Part shown: one piece after another, positions 1 through 6,344 of the stretch
Numbering within the stretch: the stretch's first letter is position 1
Layout: each line of letters begins with the position of its first letter
Source: a virus
Length of the DNA stretch: 36,760 nt
IMG/VR virus record: IMGVR_UViG_3300045988_135562
Location: 1-36,760 of that record
Direction: 5' to 3' (one strand)
Position numbers and translations under genes: made by a program
The notes under the pieces: generated by a model
What the model saw: only the letters and a program-made list of their open reading frames with translations
What the model was told of the DNA's origin: nothing
Databases searched by the model: none

Positions 1-58
1 GGACAGCATCCGCGCCGCCGAGGATCGCGTGGCCGCTACGGCAGCAGAGCTGATCGCC
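1..58. repeat. Terminal direct repeat (circular-closure/assembly overlap), identical to 36703..36760
   Basis: 58/58 nt identity read directly. The ORF starting at 36557 runs in frame off the right end and meets its TGA at 59..61 once the ends are joined. Confidence 0.95.
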
Positions 59-131
59 TGATAGCAGTAACGCTTCGGGCGGGGCTGATCTACTCGACCC
101 CCATGAACATTTTAAAAAGGAGAAGCAGAAC

Positions 132-452
132 ATGGAAATCAACACCCACGGACGAAGCATCAACAAGGAGACATTGACCAACGCCTCCAACTCCACCAAG
201 GGCCTCGGCTCCCGCACGGGGGAGTATGTGGAAATCTTTTATGACAAGTCAACCGGCGCTGTCTGGTGCAAGTACCACTGGGATCGTGAGGAATGGACGG
301 TCTACCACGACGATGATGTCACGAAGGTCGGTATTGCGGTACGATACAAGACCCAGCAGCAGATCGCGGACATGATCGACAATACCCTAACGGAGGACGA
401 ACAGACCGAGCGCGAAAACGCCGAATACCTGAAAGGGGGCGCGTGGGCATGA
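132..452 (+). CDS. Hypothetical protein (106 aa)
   Basis: ATG preceded by AAAAAGGAGAAG RBS. The stop overlaps the next start (ATGA). No motif recognised. Confidence 0.7.
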   Translation: MEINTHGRSINKETLTNASNSTKGLGSRTGEYVEIFYDKSTGAVWCKYHWDREEWTVYHDDDVTKVGIAVRYKTQQQIADMIDNTLTEDEQTERENAEYLKGGAWA

Positions 453-985
453 CTACACAGGAGCTAATCAAGCGATACAGGATCTCCCTGAAAATTGACG
501 AACACGGCCAGCCCAACGGAAATTTGGTTGTGTACCGCGCCGACAAAGCGGCTCTTGCCGCCATCAAAGCCGCAAAGCCGGAGATCGTTGCCGTGCTGCT
601 GGCGCAGCGCGAAGCCAGCCTACGCGCCGAACAGGAACGGCAGGCGAAAATCGACGCCATTCCCGGACTGCGGGAGATTGAAGCCGCCCGCATCGATCTA
701 GTAAATTGGAAACTGGAATTTGATGCCAGCTTTGACGGCGAAGGCGGCGGCGGCGTGGGCGTCCGTCCCAAGCCGAAGTACGACATGGACGCCCTGCACG
801 CAAAATATCCCCGCGCCAAGGCGTATTTGGACGCCATGGACTTTGCCGAATCTGCCAACGACGCGAAAGCTGCCGCCGGGAGAAAAGCGCTGGAGGCCAT
901 CATCAACGGCGAAAACTACGAGCGGGCCGCTTCCACCATGGAAGCGGAGTGGAAAAGCCATGCTGCCAGCCACATTTGGGACTGA
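449..985 (+). CDS. Hypothetical protein (178 aa; Gly-rich linker GEGGGGVG)
   Basis: ATG at 449 is coupled by an ATGA overlap to the upstream stop (the track's GTG at 443 is an alternative). Long ORF in the same operon. No motif recognised. Confidence 0.7.
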   Translation: MTTQELIKRYRISLKIDEHGQPNGNLVVYRADKAALAAIKAAKPEIVAVLLAQREASLRAEQERQAKIDAIPGLREIEAARIDLVNWKLEFDASFDGEGGGGVGVRPKPKYDMDALHAKYPRAKAYLDAMDFAESANDAKAAAGRKALEAIINGENYERAASTMEAEWKSHAASHIWD

Positions 986-1014
986 TTTACATGACAGATA
1001 AGATTTAAGACATC

Positions 1015-1043
1015 TTGACAAGCCCACCAAACTGTGATACACT
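1015..1043 (+). promoter_or_regulatory. Sigma-70-like promoter with extended -10
   Basis: TTGACA (1015-1020), 17 nt, TACACT (1038-1043), preceded by TGa. It lies 30 nt after the stop of the 449..985 gene. Confidence 0.5.
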
Positions 1044-1047
1044 GGCG

Positions 1048-1176
1048 ATGTCGGGTGCAGAGGGCGTCTGCATCCGGAGCGGCACGATCCTGCCGCCGTG
1101 GATTGAAATAGTAAGAAGAAAAAACTCCTTCAAACCCAGGAAAAGCACCGGTTGCCGGTGTTTTTCCTTTTTTTTG
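1048..1176 (+). ncRNA. Candidate ~125-nt small RNA (promoter to terminator, no credible ORF)
   Basis: The promoter at 1015-1043 and the terminator at 1141-1176 bracket three predicted hairpins: 1052-1076 (10-bp stem), CGGCA-CGATCC-TGCCG, and TGGATTGAA...TTCAAACCCA. There is no RBS-preceded ORF. Confidence 0.3.
1141..1176 (+). terminator. Rho-independent terminator
   Basis: AAAAGCACCGG-TTG-CCGGTGTTTTT stem-loop followed by CCTTTTTTTTG. Confidence 0.8.
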
Positions 1177-1186
1177 CAAAAATCTC

Positions 1187-1253
1187 TTGACGCGCCACCC
1201 AACGAGTGGTATAATCAACTTGTAAGTTAGATATGGATCGCCGCTACAGCGGC
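1187..1253 (+). promoter_or_regulatory. Promoter P1 plus conserved leader hairpin (paralog of P2)
   Basis: TTGACG (1187-1192), 17 nt, TATAAT (1210-1215). The spacer is CCACCC-AAC-GAGTGG. The leader with hairpin GCCGC-TACA-GCGGC (1240-1253) matches P2 at 44 of 46 positions from the -10 onward. Confidence 0.75.
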
Positions 1254-1274
1254 TGTTTAAGAGGAGGAAAAGCC

Positions 1275-1349
1275 ATGAACACGAACACCTACAAAGATAC
1301 GTTCCGGCGATCTGCAAAAAAACAACAGAAGGAGAATAGACATGACTGA
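1275..1349 (+). CDS. Small basic ORF (24 aa, MNTNTYKDTFRRSAKKQQKENRHD), translationally coupled to the next gene
   Basis: Strong RBS GAGGAGG 7 nt upstream. Its stop overlaps the next start (ATGACTGA). Confidence 0.4.
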   Translation: MNTNTYKDTFRRSAKKQQKENRHD

Positions 1350-1689
1350 CAAGACATTTTACTTCCTGTTTTTCGACGCCCTGAACCGTGCTGACCGCGA
1401 CGCCTACGTCTCTGACTGGGCGCTGTCCTCCGTCTGGGGCGATGCCCCGGGGGCAGAAATTCCCGCGGCCCGCATCGAGACGCTGGGGCAACTGTGGGAC
1501 GCGGCCCACTTGACCATCCGTGACATCCGCGCTCACACCGGCCTATCCCAGGCCGCTTTTGCAGCCCGCTACTGTATCCCCCGCCGGACGGTGGAGAACT
1601 GGGAGGGCGGCGACCGCCAGTGCGCGGCTTGCCTCCGCCTACTGCTGGCAGAAGCTGTGGGCCTGTATACTCGCCCGGATCGCGGATGA
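1342..1689 (+). CDS. XRE/MqsA-like helix-turn-helix protein (115 aa)
   Basis: AAGGAG RBS. The C-terminal segment IRAHTGLSQAAFAARYCIPRRTVENWEGGDRQ looks like an HTH followed by the W-E-x-G motif typical of XRE/antitoxin-like regulators. Confidence 0.65.
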   Translation: MTDKTFYFLFFDALNRADRDAYVSDWALSSVWGDAPGAEIPAARIETLGQLWDAAHLTIRDIRAHTGLSQAAFAARYCIPRRTVENWEGGDRQCAACLRLLLAEAVGLYTRPDRG

Positions 1690-1699
1690 TGACCATAGC

Positions 1700-1721
1700 T
1701 CCGTTGTCATTTTGTTGACAC
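1700..1721. repeat. 22-nt direct repeat, copy 1 (candidate integrase arm-type site)
   Basis: TCCGTTGTCATTTTGTTGACAC matches 1930-1951 at 21/22 positions. The two copies flank the tRNA-derived core. Confidence 0.6.
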
Positions 1722-1817
1722 TTTGCGTCTTTTTCGGCCCTCAGAATGTCCCAAAACGCGGACAGATTTAGCAGTAAAGTGGATTGTGAAATCGCCGGAA
1801 ACCCGCGTAAAAACTAA

Positions 1818-1857
1818 GAAAATCGCGCAACCCGCACGGTTGCGCGATTTTCTTCTT
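1818..1857. terminator. Bidirectional intrinsic terminator
   Basis: GAAAATCGCGCAACC-CGCAC-GGTTGCGCGATTTTC, with an A-tract upstream and TTCTTCTT downstream. Confidence 0.8.
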
Positions 1858-1884
1858 GGTGCCTCGTCGGGGATTCGAACCCCG
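1857..1884 (-). other. attP core: 3' fragment of a tRNA gene (T-arm, 3' acceptor strand and CCA)
   Basis: The reverse complement reads CGGGG-TTCGAAT-CCCCG-ACGAGGC-A-CCA. No D-arm, anticodon arm or 5' acceptor strand follows, so it is a fragment. It sits next to the integrase gene. Confidence 0.75.
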
Positions 1885-1905
1885 GCACTGGAGATCTATA
1901 AGTGG

Positions 1906-3042
1906 CTATATACCGTCGTTTTTCAGTTTTCCGTTGTCATTTTGTTGCCACATGGCGGAAAAGTATTCGTTGATTTCCTCGTCCACTTTGACCCGTTCGG
2001 CGGGCATGGTGTGCTGATAAACGGTCTTGAGCATATTGTTTGTGGAGTGGCCCATGCGCTCCATGGCATACTTGTCCGGGACACCCAGCTTGAGCATCAC
2101 AGAGGCGTTGACGTGGCGCAGGTCGTGGAAGCGGTAGTGCTTGATGCCGGCTTTCTCGCAGGACGACGAGAAAGCATAGTAAATGGCGCGGCGACTCTGA
2201 GGGCAAAGGTGCTCCTGATCTGCGGAAATAGCGCTGATCAGCGATAGGATATGAGCGGGGACGGTGAGATAGCGGTCGGAGCTGTACGTCTTCGGTGCTT
2301 TTTCGCCCTCGTCCACGAGAGCCTGCTTGACGTGGAGAACGCTGCCATTGATGCAGTCGCGGGTGAGGCCGCGGATCTCCGACATTCGGAGGCCCAGGCA
2401 CATAGCCAGTAAAACGGGAAGCTCCACCCACTTGCCGGCCACCGCAGCGGCAATAGACTTAATGTCGTCCTCGCTGGGCAGGACGATCTCTGCGCGGATC
2501 TTCTGCGGGAGGGTCACGTGCAGCGATATGTCGGGAGCAAACTCGCCCACAGTGGCGCTCAGAAGGCCGTAGGCGTTGCGGACGGATTTGGGGGAGGAAC
2601 TGCTTGCCATGGCGTTTACGGCACGCTGGACGCGCTCGTGAGACAGCGCGGAGAGCTTTTGACCCATGAGCGCAGCAAACGCATTTTTGCGGATGCGCTT
2701 ATAGCCGGCCACGGTAGACGGAGAAAGAACGTCCTCTTTCATCGCTATGTAGCGGTCTATGGCTTCGCCCAGGGTGAGGTTGATCTCCGGCGCGTCCGGG
2801 GCTTTTATCCCGTGCTTGATGGCCATAGCTTCGGCCTGGGCCTCGGCCTTGGTCGGTCGAGTGACGGACACATCCTGCCCGCCAACGCGCACGCGGCACG
2901 TCCACGCCCCGGAGGGCAGCTGCCGGGCGGCAGGCGCAGCGTCGCGGGATTTTTTCTCGCGAACCTGACGCGTGCCGCACCACTTACAGTAGACGCTGTC
3001 GCCGTCTATCTCGCGGGCGCAGCCTTTATTTTTGCAGATCAT
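1906..3042 (-). CDS. int: Tyrosine recombinase/phage integrase with N-terminal zinc ribbon
   Basis: N-terminus CKNKGC...CKWCG. Catalytic-type motifs are LRMSEIRGL, FHDLRH and GHS...VYQH. RBS GGGGGTGA. Adjacent to the tRNA fragment. Confidence 0.9.
   Translation of the reverse strand: MICKNKGCAREIDGDSVYCKWCGTRQVREKKSRDAAPAARQLPSGAWTCRVRVGGQDVSVTRPTKAEAQAEAMAIKHGIKAPDAPEINLTLGEAIDRYIAMKEDVLSPSTVAGYKRIRKNAFAALMGQKLSALSHERVQRAVNAMASSSSPKSVRNAYGLLSATVGEFAPDISLHVTLPQKIRAEIVLPSEDDIKSIAAAVAGKWVELPVLLAMCLGLRMSEIRGLTRDCINGSVLHVKQALVDEGEKAPKTYSSDRYLTVPAHILSLISAISADQEHLCPQSRRAIYYAFSSSCEKAGIKHYRFHDLRHVNASVMLKLGVPDKYAMERMGHSTNNMLKTVYQHTMPAERVKVDEEINEYFSAMWQQNDNGKLKNDGI
1930..1951. repeat. 22-nt direct repeat, copy 2 (inside the integrase 3' end)
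   Basis: TCCGTTGTCATTTTGTTGCCAC; see 1700-1721. Confidence 0.6.
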
Positions 3043-3064
3043 ACGTCACCCCCCCCTGTGGAAA

Positions 3065-3089
3065 GGCCGTGCCCAAGTCGGGCACGGCC
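3065..3089 (+). repeat. Hairpin family copy 1 (GTGCCCAAGTCGGGCAC, 3069-3085)
   Basis: GGCCGTGCCC-AAGTC-GGGCACGGCC, a perfect 10-bp stem, lying between the bPH gene stop and the int start. Confidence 0.85.
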
Positions 3090-3098
3090 TTGATGCTG

Positions 3099-3470
3099 TT
3101 ATAGTACTGCCTGGGCGATATAGCGCCCGATGGCCTTAATGTCGCACTTGCCGGAGAAGTCGAAGTGCACCTTGCCCACGCCGGAGAAGTAGAGCTCCAG
3201 CTCGCTGTCAAGATCCAGCGATCCGGCAGTTTCCACGGAAAACACCGTGATCTTGCTGTAGGGCATGGATGTGAAGTCCTGCTTCTTGCCGGTGATACCC
3301 TGGACGTTGCAGGAAATAATCCGTTTGTCCGTGAACACAACGTAGTCCCGGATGGCCTGATAGCTGCCTACGATCTGCTCTCCGGGGATGAGTACGTCCT
3401 GGATAGCGTCAGGCGCGGTCTGTGTCTGCTTGAGCTTTGAGAATACTCCGTTCTTGAAATCGATCATCAT
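3099..3470 (-). CDS. Bacterial PH-domain protein (YjqA/DUF1696-like), 123 aa
   Basis: Start ATGATG at 3470 after AAAGGGGA. The sequence MMIDFKNGVFSKL...VVFTDKRII...ITVFSVETAG...LELYFSG matches my recollection of the bPH/YjqA family. The start overlaps the upstream stop by 4 nt. Confidence 0.6.
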   Translation of the reverse strand: MMIDFKNGVFSKLKQTQTAPDAIQDVLIPGEQIVGSYQAIRDYVVFTDKRIISCNVQGITGKKQDFTSMPYSKITVFSVETAGSLDLDSELELYFSGVGKVHFDFSGKCDIKAIGRYIAQAVL

Positions 3471-4057
3471 TTTCCCCTTTCTGCGCCGGAGGCGCACTGT
3501 ATTGTGTATTTGGCTGACAGCCGCAGCAGCAGACCGCCCATGACGACCGCTGCCGCGATGACCAAGAAGATAAATAGCCACGCGCCGCCGCTGAGGCCGG
3601 TGGCCTGAATAAGTCCCGCGTAAGGTATGCGGGCGTCAATGACCATGTAGACGACCAGGCCGACGGTCAGCAGGGCACAGAGCGACATGGTTACGTATAG
3701 GCCGAATCTGAACCACCCCAGCTGCGCCTGCAGCATGGCGTTGACGGCCTCCAGCGTTCTCACGTCACCGGCCTGGTCAGCCAGCTTCAGCTCCATTTCG
3801 TGGTTGGCCGCCGCAGTGGGGCGCGTGTCCGGCAGGCCGACCAGCGCGTCCAGGGATAGGCCCAGGATGGCGCAGATGGCCGCCGCCTGGGGCAGTGTGA
3901 TGTTCTGCAAGCCGGACTGCACCTTACAGATGGCGGAGTACGGCACGCCGGAACGTTCGGCTAGCTGCTCGTTGCTCAGGCCGGCCTTGGTTCGGGCTAC
4001 GCGGATAGCTTGGGGGTAGGCAGAGATACTCGCGGATAGATCGTTGAGCGCGGACAT
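3467..4057 (-). CDS. Membrane-anchored XRE-family HTH regulator (196 aa, two C-terminal TM helices)
   Basis: AGGAGG RBS. HTH segment LSNEQLAERSGVPYSAICKVQSG. C-terminal hydrophobic stretches FGLYVTMSLCALLTVGLVVYMVI and AWLFIFLVIAAAVVMGGLLL. Confidence 0.75.
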   Translation of the reverse strand: MSALNDLSASISAYPQAIRVARTKAGLSNEQLAERSGVPYSAICKVQSGLQNITLPQAAAICAILGLSLDALVGLPDTRPTAAANHEMELKLADQAGDVRTLEAVNAMLQAQLGWFRFGLYVTMSLCALLTVGLVVYMVIDARIPYAGLIQATGLSGGAWLFIFLVIAAAVVMGGLLLRLSAKYTIQCASGAERGK

Positions 4058-4084
4058 GATGCGCCTCCTAAATCCAATTTATGG

Positions 4085-4113
4085 GAAAACTGTCGGAATA
4101 CGACAATGTTTTC
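4085..4113. promoter_or_regulatory. Inverted repeat (operator candidate) in a divergent promoter region
   Basis: GAAAACTGTCG-GAATA-CGACAatGTTTTC, lying between the minus-strand start at 4057 and the plus-strand start at 4201. Confidence 0.4.
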
Positions 4114-4200
4114 TTTTTCCGAAAGATCTTTTCGCGTGAGTTGGTAGACACTTCCTGCCAATGTGGTACGATAAAATCACAAAACGAAGGGAGCGGAGAA

Positions 4201-4314
4201 ATGGATGACGATCGGAGAGAGGAACTGCTCAGGCTGTTTGACGGCCTGGACGAAGCTGGACAACTGGCCGCCCTGGAGGCGGCGCGAAAAATCAAAGACG
4301 GGGAGGTGGCGTGA
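4201..4314 (+). CDS. Small hypothetical protein (37 aa, MDDDRREELLRLFDGLDEAGQLAALEAARKIKDGEVA)
   Basis: ATG preceded by GAAGGGAGCGGAG and followed immediately by a terminator. The track's longer 4081 start has no RBS. Confidence 0.45.
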   Translation: MDDDRREELLRLFDGLDEAGQLAALEAARKIKDGEVA

Positions 4315-4341
4315 GCGGTGTCCGAGTCGGACACCGCTTTT
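4314..4341. terminator. Intrinsic terminator between convergent genes; also hairpin family copy 2 (4318-4334)
   Basis: AGCGGTGTCC-GAGTC-GGACACCGCT followed by TTTTG. Confidence 0.8.
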
Positions 4342-4346
4342 GCTGG

Positions 4347-5015
4347 TCAGCCGCCGCAGTTCTTGCAGGCGGTGTATCCCTGCGCGATGGCATCATTGAT
4401 GTCAATGGCAATCTGACTATCCTTCAGGTGGCGGCAACCGGCCCGGTGGTACTTCGACCCAGTGTTGGTGATGTAGACAGTGTATCCCTGCTCGTTGGTG
4501 GTGGGAGGAGTGTAGATGGGTGTTTCCTCCACCGGCTGGCTGGGCGCGACTGGCTCGACTGAGGCCTCCTGAGGAGGCTGAACGGGCGCTGGGTCTGCGG
4601 CGGGCGTGTTGGCCTTAGGCTCGTCCTCGACCTGGGGCTCGTCCTCCGCAGCGGCAGGCTGAGGATCTTCAGCCTCGGCTTCGTCCTCCTTGTCAGAGGT
4701 TGTCTGCTGGATGGGAAGCTGTGCCTGTGAGGTGACGCTCTGCGCCGGTGCAGCAGGAGTGTTCGCCCTGGACGTCTCCGCCGCAGGGGTCATCATGGCG
4801 GCTGCAAAGAAGATGATCGTCACGATGGCGATGCGGGCCGTTTTCTTCAGATGGAATTTCTCGCGTATCATCTCGTCCAATCCCGGCAGCGGGGCGGTCA
4901 GGATGGCCGCCGCCAGCATCAGTCCGCTGGCCAGGGACGGCAGAAACACCAGCGCCGACACGACGAAGAAGCCTGCGGCGATCCAGCGTAAAACTTCCGG
5001 CGTCAACTTTTTCAT
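4347..5015 (-). CDS. Membrane protein with acidic/Pro-rich linker and C-terminal Cys/His cluster (222 aa)
   Basis: Start MKKLTPEVL at 5015 after GGTGGGGGG. Two to three TM segments. Linker DKEDEAEAEDPQPAAAEDEPQVEDEP. C-terminus GSKYHRAGCRHL...GYTACKNCGG is a putative zinc module. Confidence 0.65.
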   Translation of the reverse strand: MKKLTPEVLRWIAAGFFVVSALVFLPSLASGLMLAAAILTAPLPGLDEMIREKFHLKKTARIAIVTIIFFAAAMMTPAAETSRANTPAAPAQSVTSQAQLPIQQTTSDKEDEAEAEDPQPAAAEDEPQVEDEPKANTPAADPAPVQPPQEASVEPVAPSQPVEETPIYTPPTTNEQGYTVYITNTGSKYHRAGCRHLKDSQIAIDINDAIAQGYTACKNCGG

Positions 5016-5033
5016 ATTCAGTTCCCCCCACCT

Positions 5034-5057
5034 GCGCCCGATGGGCGCTGTTTTTTT
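5034..5057 (+). terminator. Terminator-like hairpin oriented for the plus strand
   Basis: GCGCCC-GAT-GGGCGC followed by TGTTTTTTT. It lies between two minus-strand genes, so on the minus strand it has no U-tract. Confidence 0.35.
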
Positions 5058-5376
5058 ATTTCTCCCGCTCACGCTTTTGGCGGAGCATGAAGGCAAAGAG
5101 TTCGTTCTGCTGCTCGGCGGTCATGCCGTCCAGCAGGCGGGCAAATTCCTCCCGCACGGGATCAGGCGGCGCAGGATCTTCGCCCAGCAGGTCGCTGACG
5201 GTGCAGTCCAGGTACTGGGCCAGCATCTGCACCTTCGCCACGGACGGCGTTTGGCCTCGCTCAATATCATTTATAAAACTTACGCCAACTCCGGCTTCGC
5301 GGCACGCCACCGTGGGCTTGACACCTTTTGCGGCACAACGCGTCTTGATATTCTGCACAAAAAGCTCCTTGTCCAT
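5056..5376 (-). CDS. cI-like XRE-family repressor (106 aa)
   Basis: HTH segment GVKPTVACREAGVGVSFINDIERGQ. It sits divergent to a strong plus-strand promoter with palindromic operators. Confidence 0.8.
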   Translation of the reverse strand: MDKELFVQNIKTRCAAKGVKPTVACREAGVGVSFINDIERGQTPSVAKVQMLAQYLDCTVSDLLGEDPAPPDPVREEFARLLDGMTAEQQNELFAFMLRQKREREK

Positions 5377-5385
5377 GATGACCTC

Positions 5386-5468
5386 ATACTATATAGATTT
5401 ATGCAAAGTGACAATTATTTGTAATTACAAAAATACGACTTGACAATTCGTGATTACGAATTTATGAT
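5386..5468. promoter_or_regulatory. Immunity switch: divergent promoters with two palindromic operators
   Basis: Minus strand: TTGTCA (5409-5414), 17 nt, TAGTAT (5386-5391), ending 9 nt before the cI-like ATG. Plus strand: TTGACA (5440-5445), 17 nt, TATGAT (5463-5468). Operators are TTTGTAATTACAAA (5418-5431, perfect) and ATTCGTGATTACGAAT (5446-5461), each preceded by GACAATT. Confidence 0.7.
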
Positions 5469-5508
5469 TAACTTGTCCCTCAGGTAAGAGCAAGAGGGAG
5501 GTGAGAAG

Positions 5509-5610
5509 ATGCGACGATGGCGAGAGTTTATGCGGAAGTATGGAATAACCATTGCTGTATCAGCGGCCACAACTGTCGTATTCCGGCTATTGTTAGATTG
5601 GCTGCTATAG
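5509..5610 (+). CDS. Small hydrophobic peptide (33 aa, MRRWREFMRKYGITIAVSAATTVVFRLLLDWLL)
   Basis: Strong RBS AGGGAGGTGA 6 nt upstream. It is the first ORF after the plus-strand promoter. It overlaps the 3' end of the convergent gene 5528..5941 by 83 nt. Confidence 0.4.
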   Translation: MRRWREFMRKYGITIAVSAATTVVFRLLLDWLL

Positions 5611-5941
5611 ATACGAGGATGGGCATCCACACGCTTTCCAGTAAAAGCTCTTTTTGATGCCGCCTTTGCTCCGTGAGGTAGTCGTCCAGTGCCATCTCGC
5701 CCTTGGGCGTGATGCGGTAGACTCCGAGACCCCGGTGAAGCTCGCGTGTTCCCGACAGGTCGGTATCCATGTCTTCGGTCAGAAAGCCGACATCGGGCTT
5801 GGACAACGCGGCGATGCGATGATCGACAGCGCCTGTGTCCGGGAGTGCCTTTTTAGCGTCTGAAGCTGACGCGGGGCTGTGTTCTCGGAAGTACTTCAGG
5901 ACTTCGGCGTCGCCGGCGGTGATGCGGTTCTCGCTTTCCAT
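5528..5941 (-). CDS. Winged-helix-like protein with C-terminal TM segment (137 aa)
   Basis: Start MESENR at 5941 after AGAGGGGG. GVYRITPKGEMAL looks like a wing motif. C-terminal hydrophobic stretch VWMPILVSIAANLTIAGI. Confidence 0.55.
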   Translation of the reverse strand: MESENRITAGDAEVLKYFREHSPASASDAKKALPDTGAVDHRIAALSKPDVGFLTEDMDTDLSGTRELHRGLGVYRITPKGEMALDDYLTEQRRHQKELLLESVWMPILVSIAANLTIAGIRQLWPLIQQWLFHTSA

Positions 5942-6136
5942 CCGATTGCCCCCTCTTATCTCTGCGCCTGAGTTGGACACAACTCGTCTTCCCCCGGCGA
6001 GTACTCCTCCCCCAAAGTATCATCGGACGAGGAAGCGGGTGGTGTGTTTGGTTGCTGACATGACTATCATACCACCCGTTTTCGCCGGGGTCAAGGTGAA
6101 AATTCACAAACGTAGAAAGGAGTGGTTTGCGTGTCG

Positions 6137-6322
6137 ATGAAGGAGCTGCGGGAGCGGCGCGGCCTGACCCAGGCGCAGGTGGCTGACAAGATCAACGTGG
6201 ACAGATCGGCGGTGACGAAGTGGGAGACCGGCGACAGCACGCCGCTGCGGAAGTACCGCCCCGCGCTGTGCGAACTGCTGGGCTGCACCGAGGCGGAGCT
6301 GCTGGCCGACGCTGCCAGCTAA
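6137..6322 (+). CDS. Cro-like XRE-family HTH protein (61 aa)
   Basis: GAAAGGAG RBS. HTH segment GLTQAQVADKINVDRSAVTKWETG. The palindrome GTGAAAATTCAC (6096-6107) lies just upstream. Confidence 0.8.
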   Translation: MKELRERRGLTQAQVADKINVDRSAVTKWETGDSTPLRKYRPALCELLGCTEAELLADAAS

Positions 6323-6344
6323 ATCATACGACAGGGAGGAGGAA

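Noticed and set aside
1015-1230. 71-aa track ORF.
   Set aside because: It starts at the TTG that is the -35 box. It has no RBS and reads through a strong terminator and the P1 promoter.
1857-1935. A complete tRNA gene next to the integrase.
   Set aside because: Only the T-arm, 3' acceptor strand and CCA are present. The upstream 45 nt cannot form anticodon or D arms, and the 5' acceptor strand (GCCTCGT) is absent. It is an att-core fragment.
5343-5352. TCTTGATATT, resembling the pC194/phiX-type RCR nick site (CTTGATA).
   Set aside because: A 7-mer is expected several times by chance in 73 kb of two-strand sequence. The match lies inside the cI-like coding region, with no flanking hairpin.
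6068-6080. 13-mer CATACCACCCGTT, identical to part of the P2 -35/spacer (36480-36492), upstream of the cro-like gene.
   Set aside because: Only one half-site is present, without the palindromic partner or an aligned -35/-10. Chance expectation for one 13-mer match is low but not negligible, so I cannot support it as a third operator.
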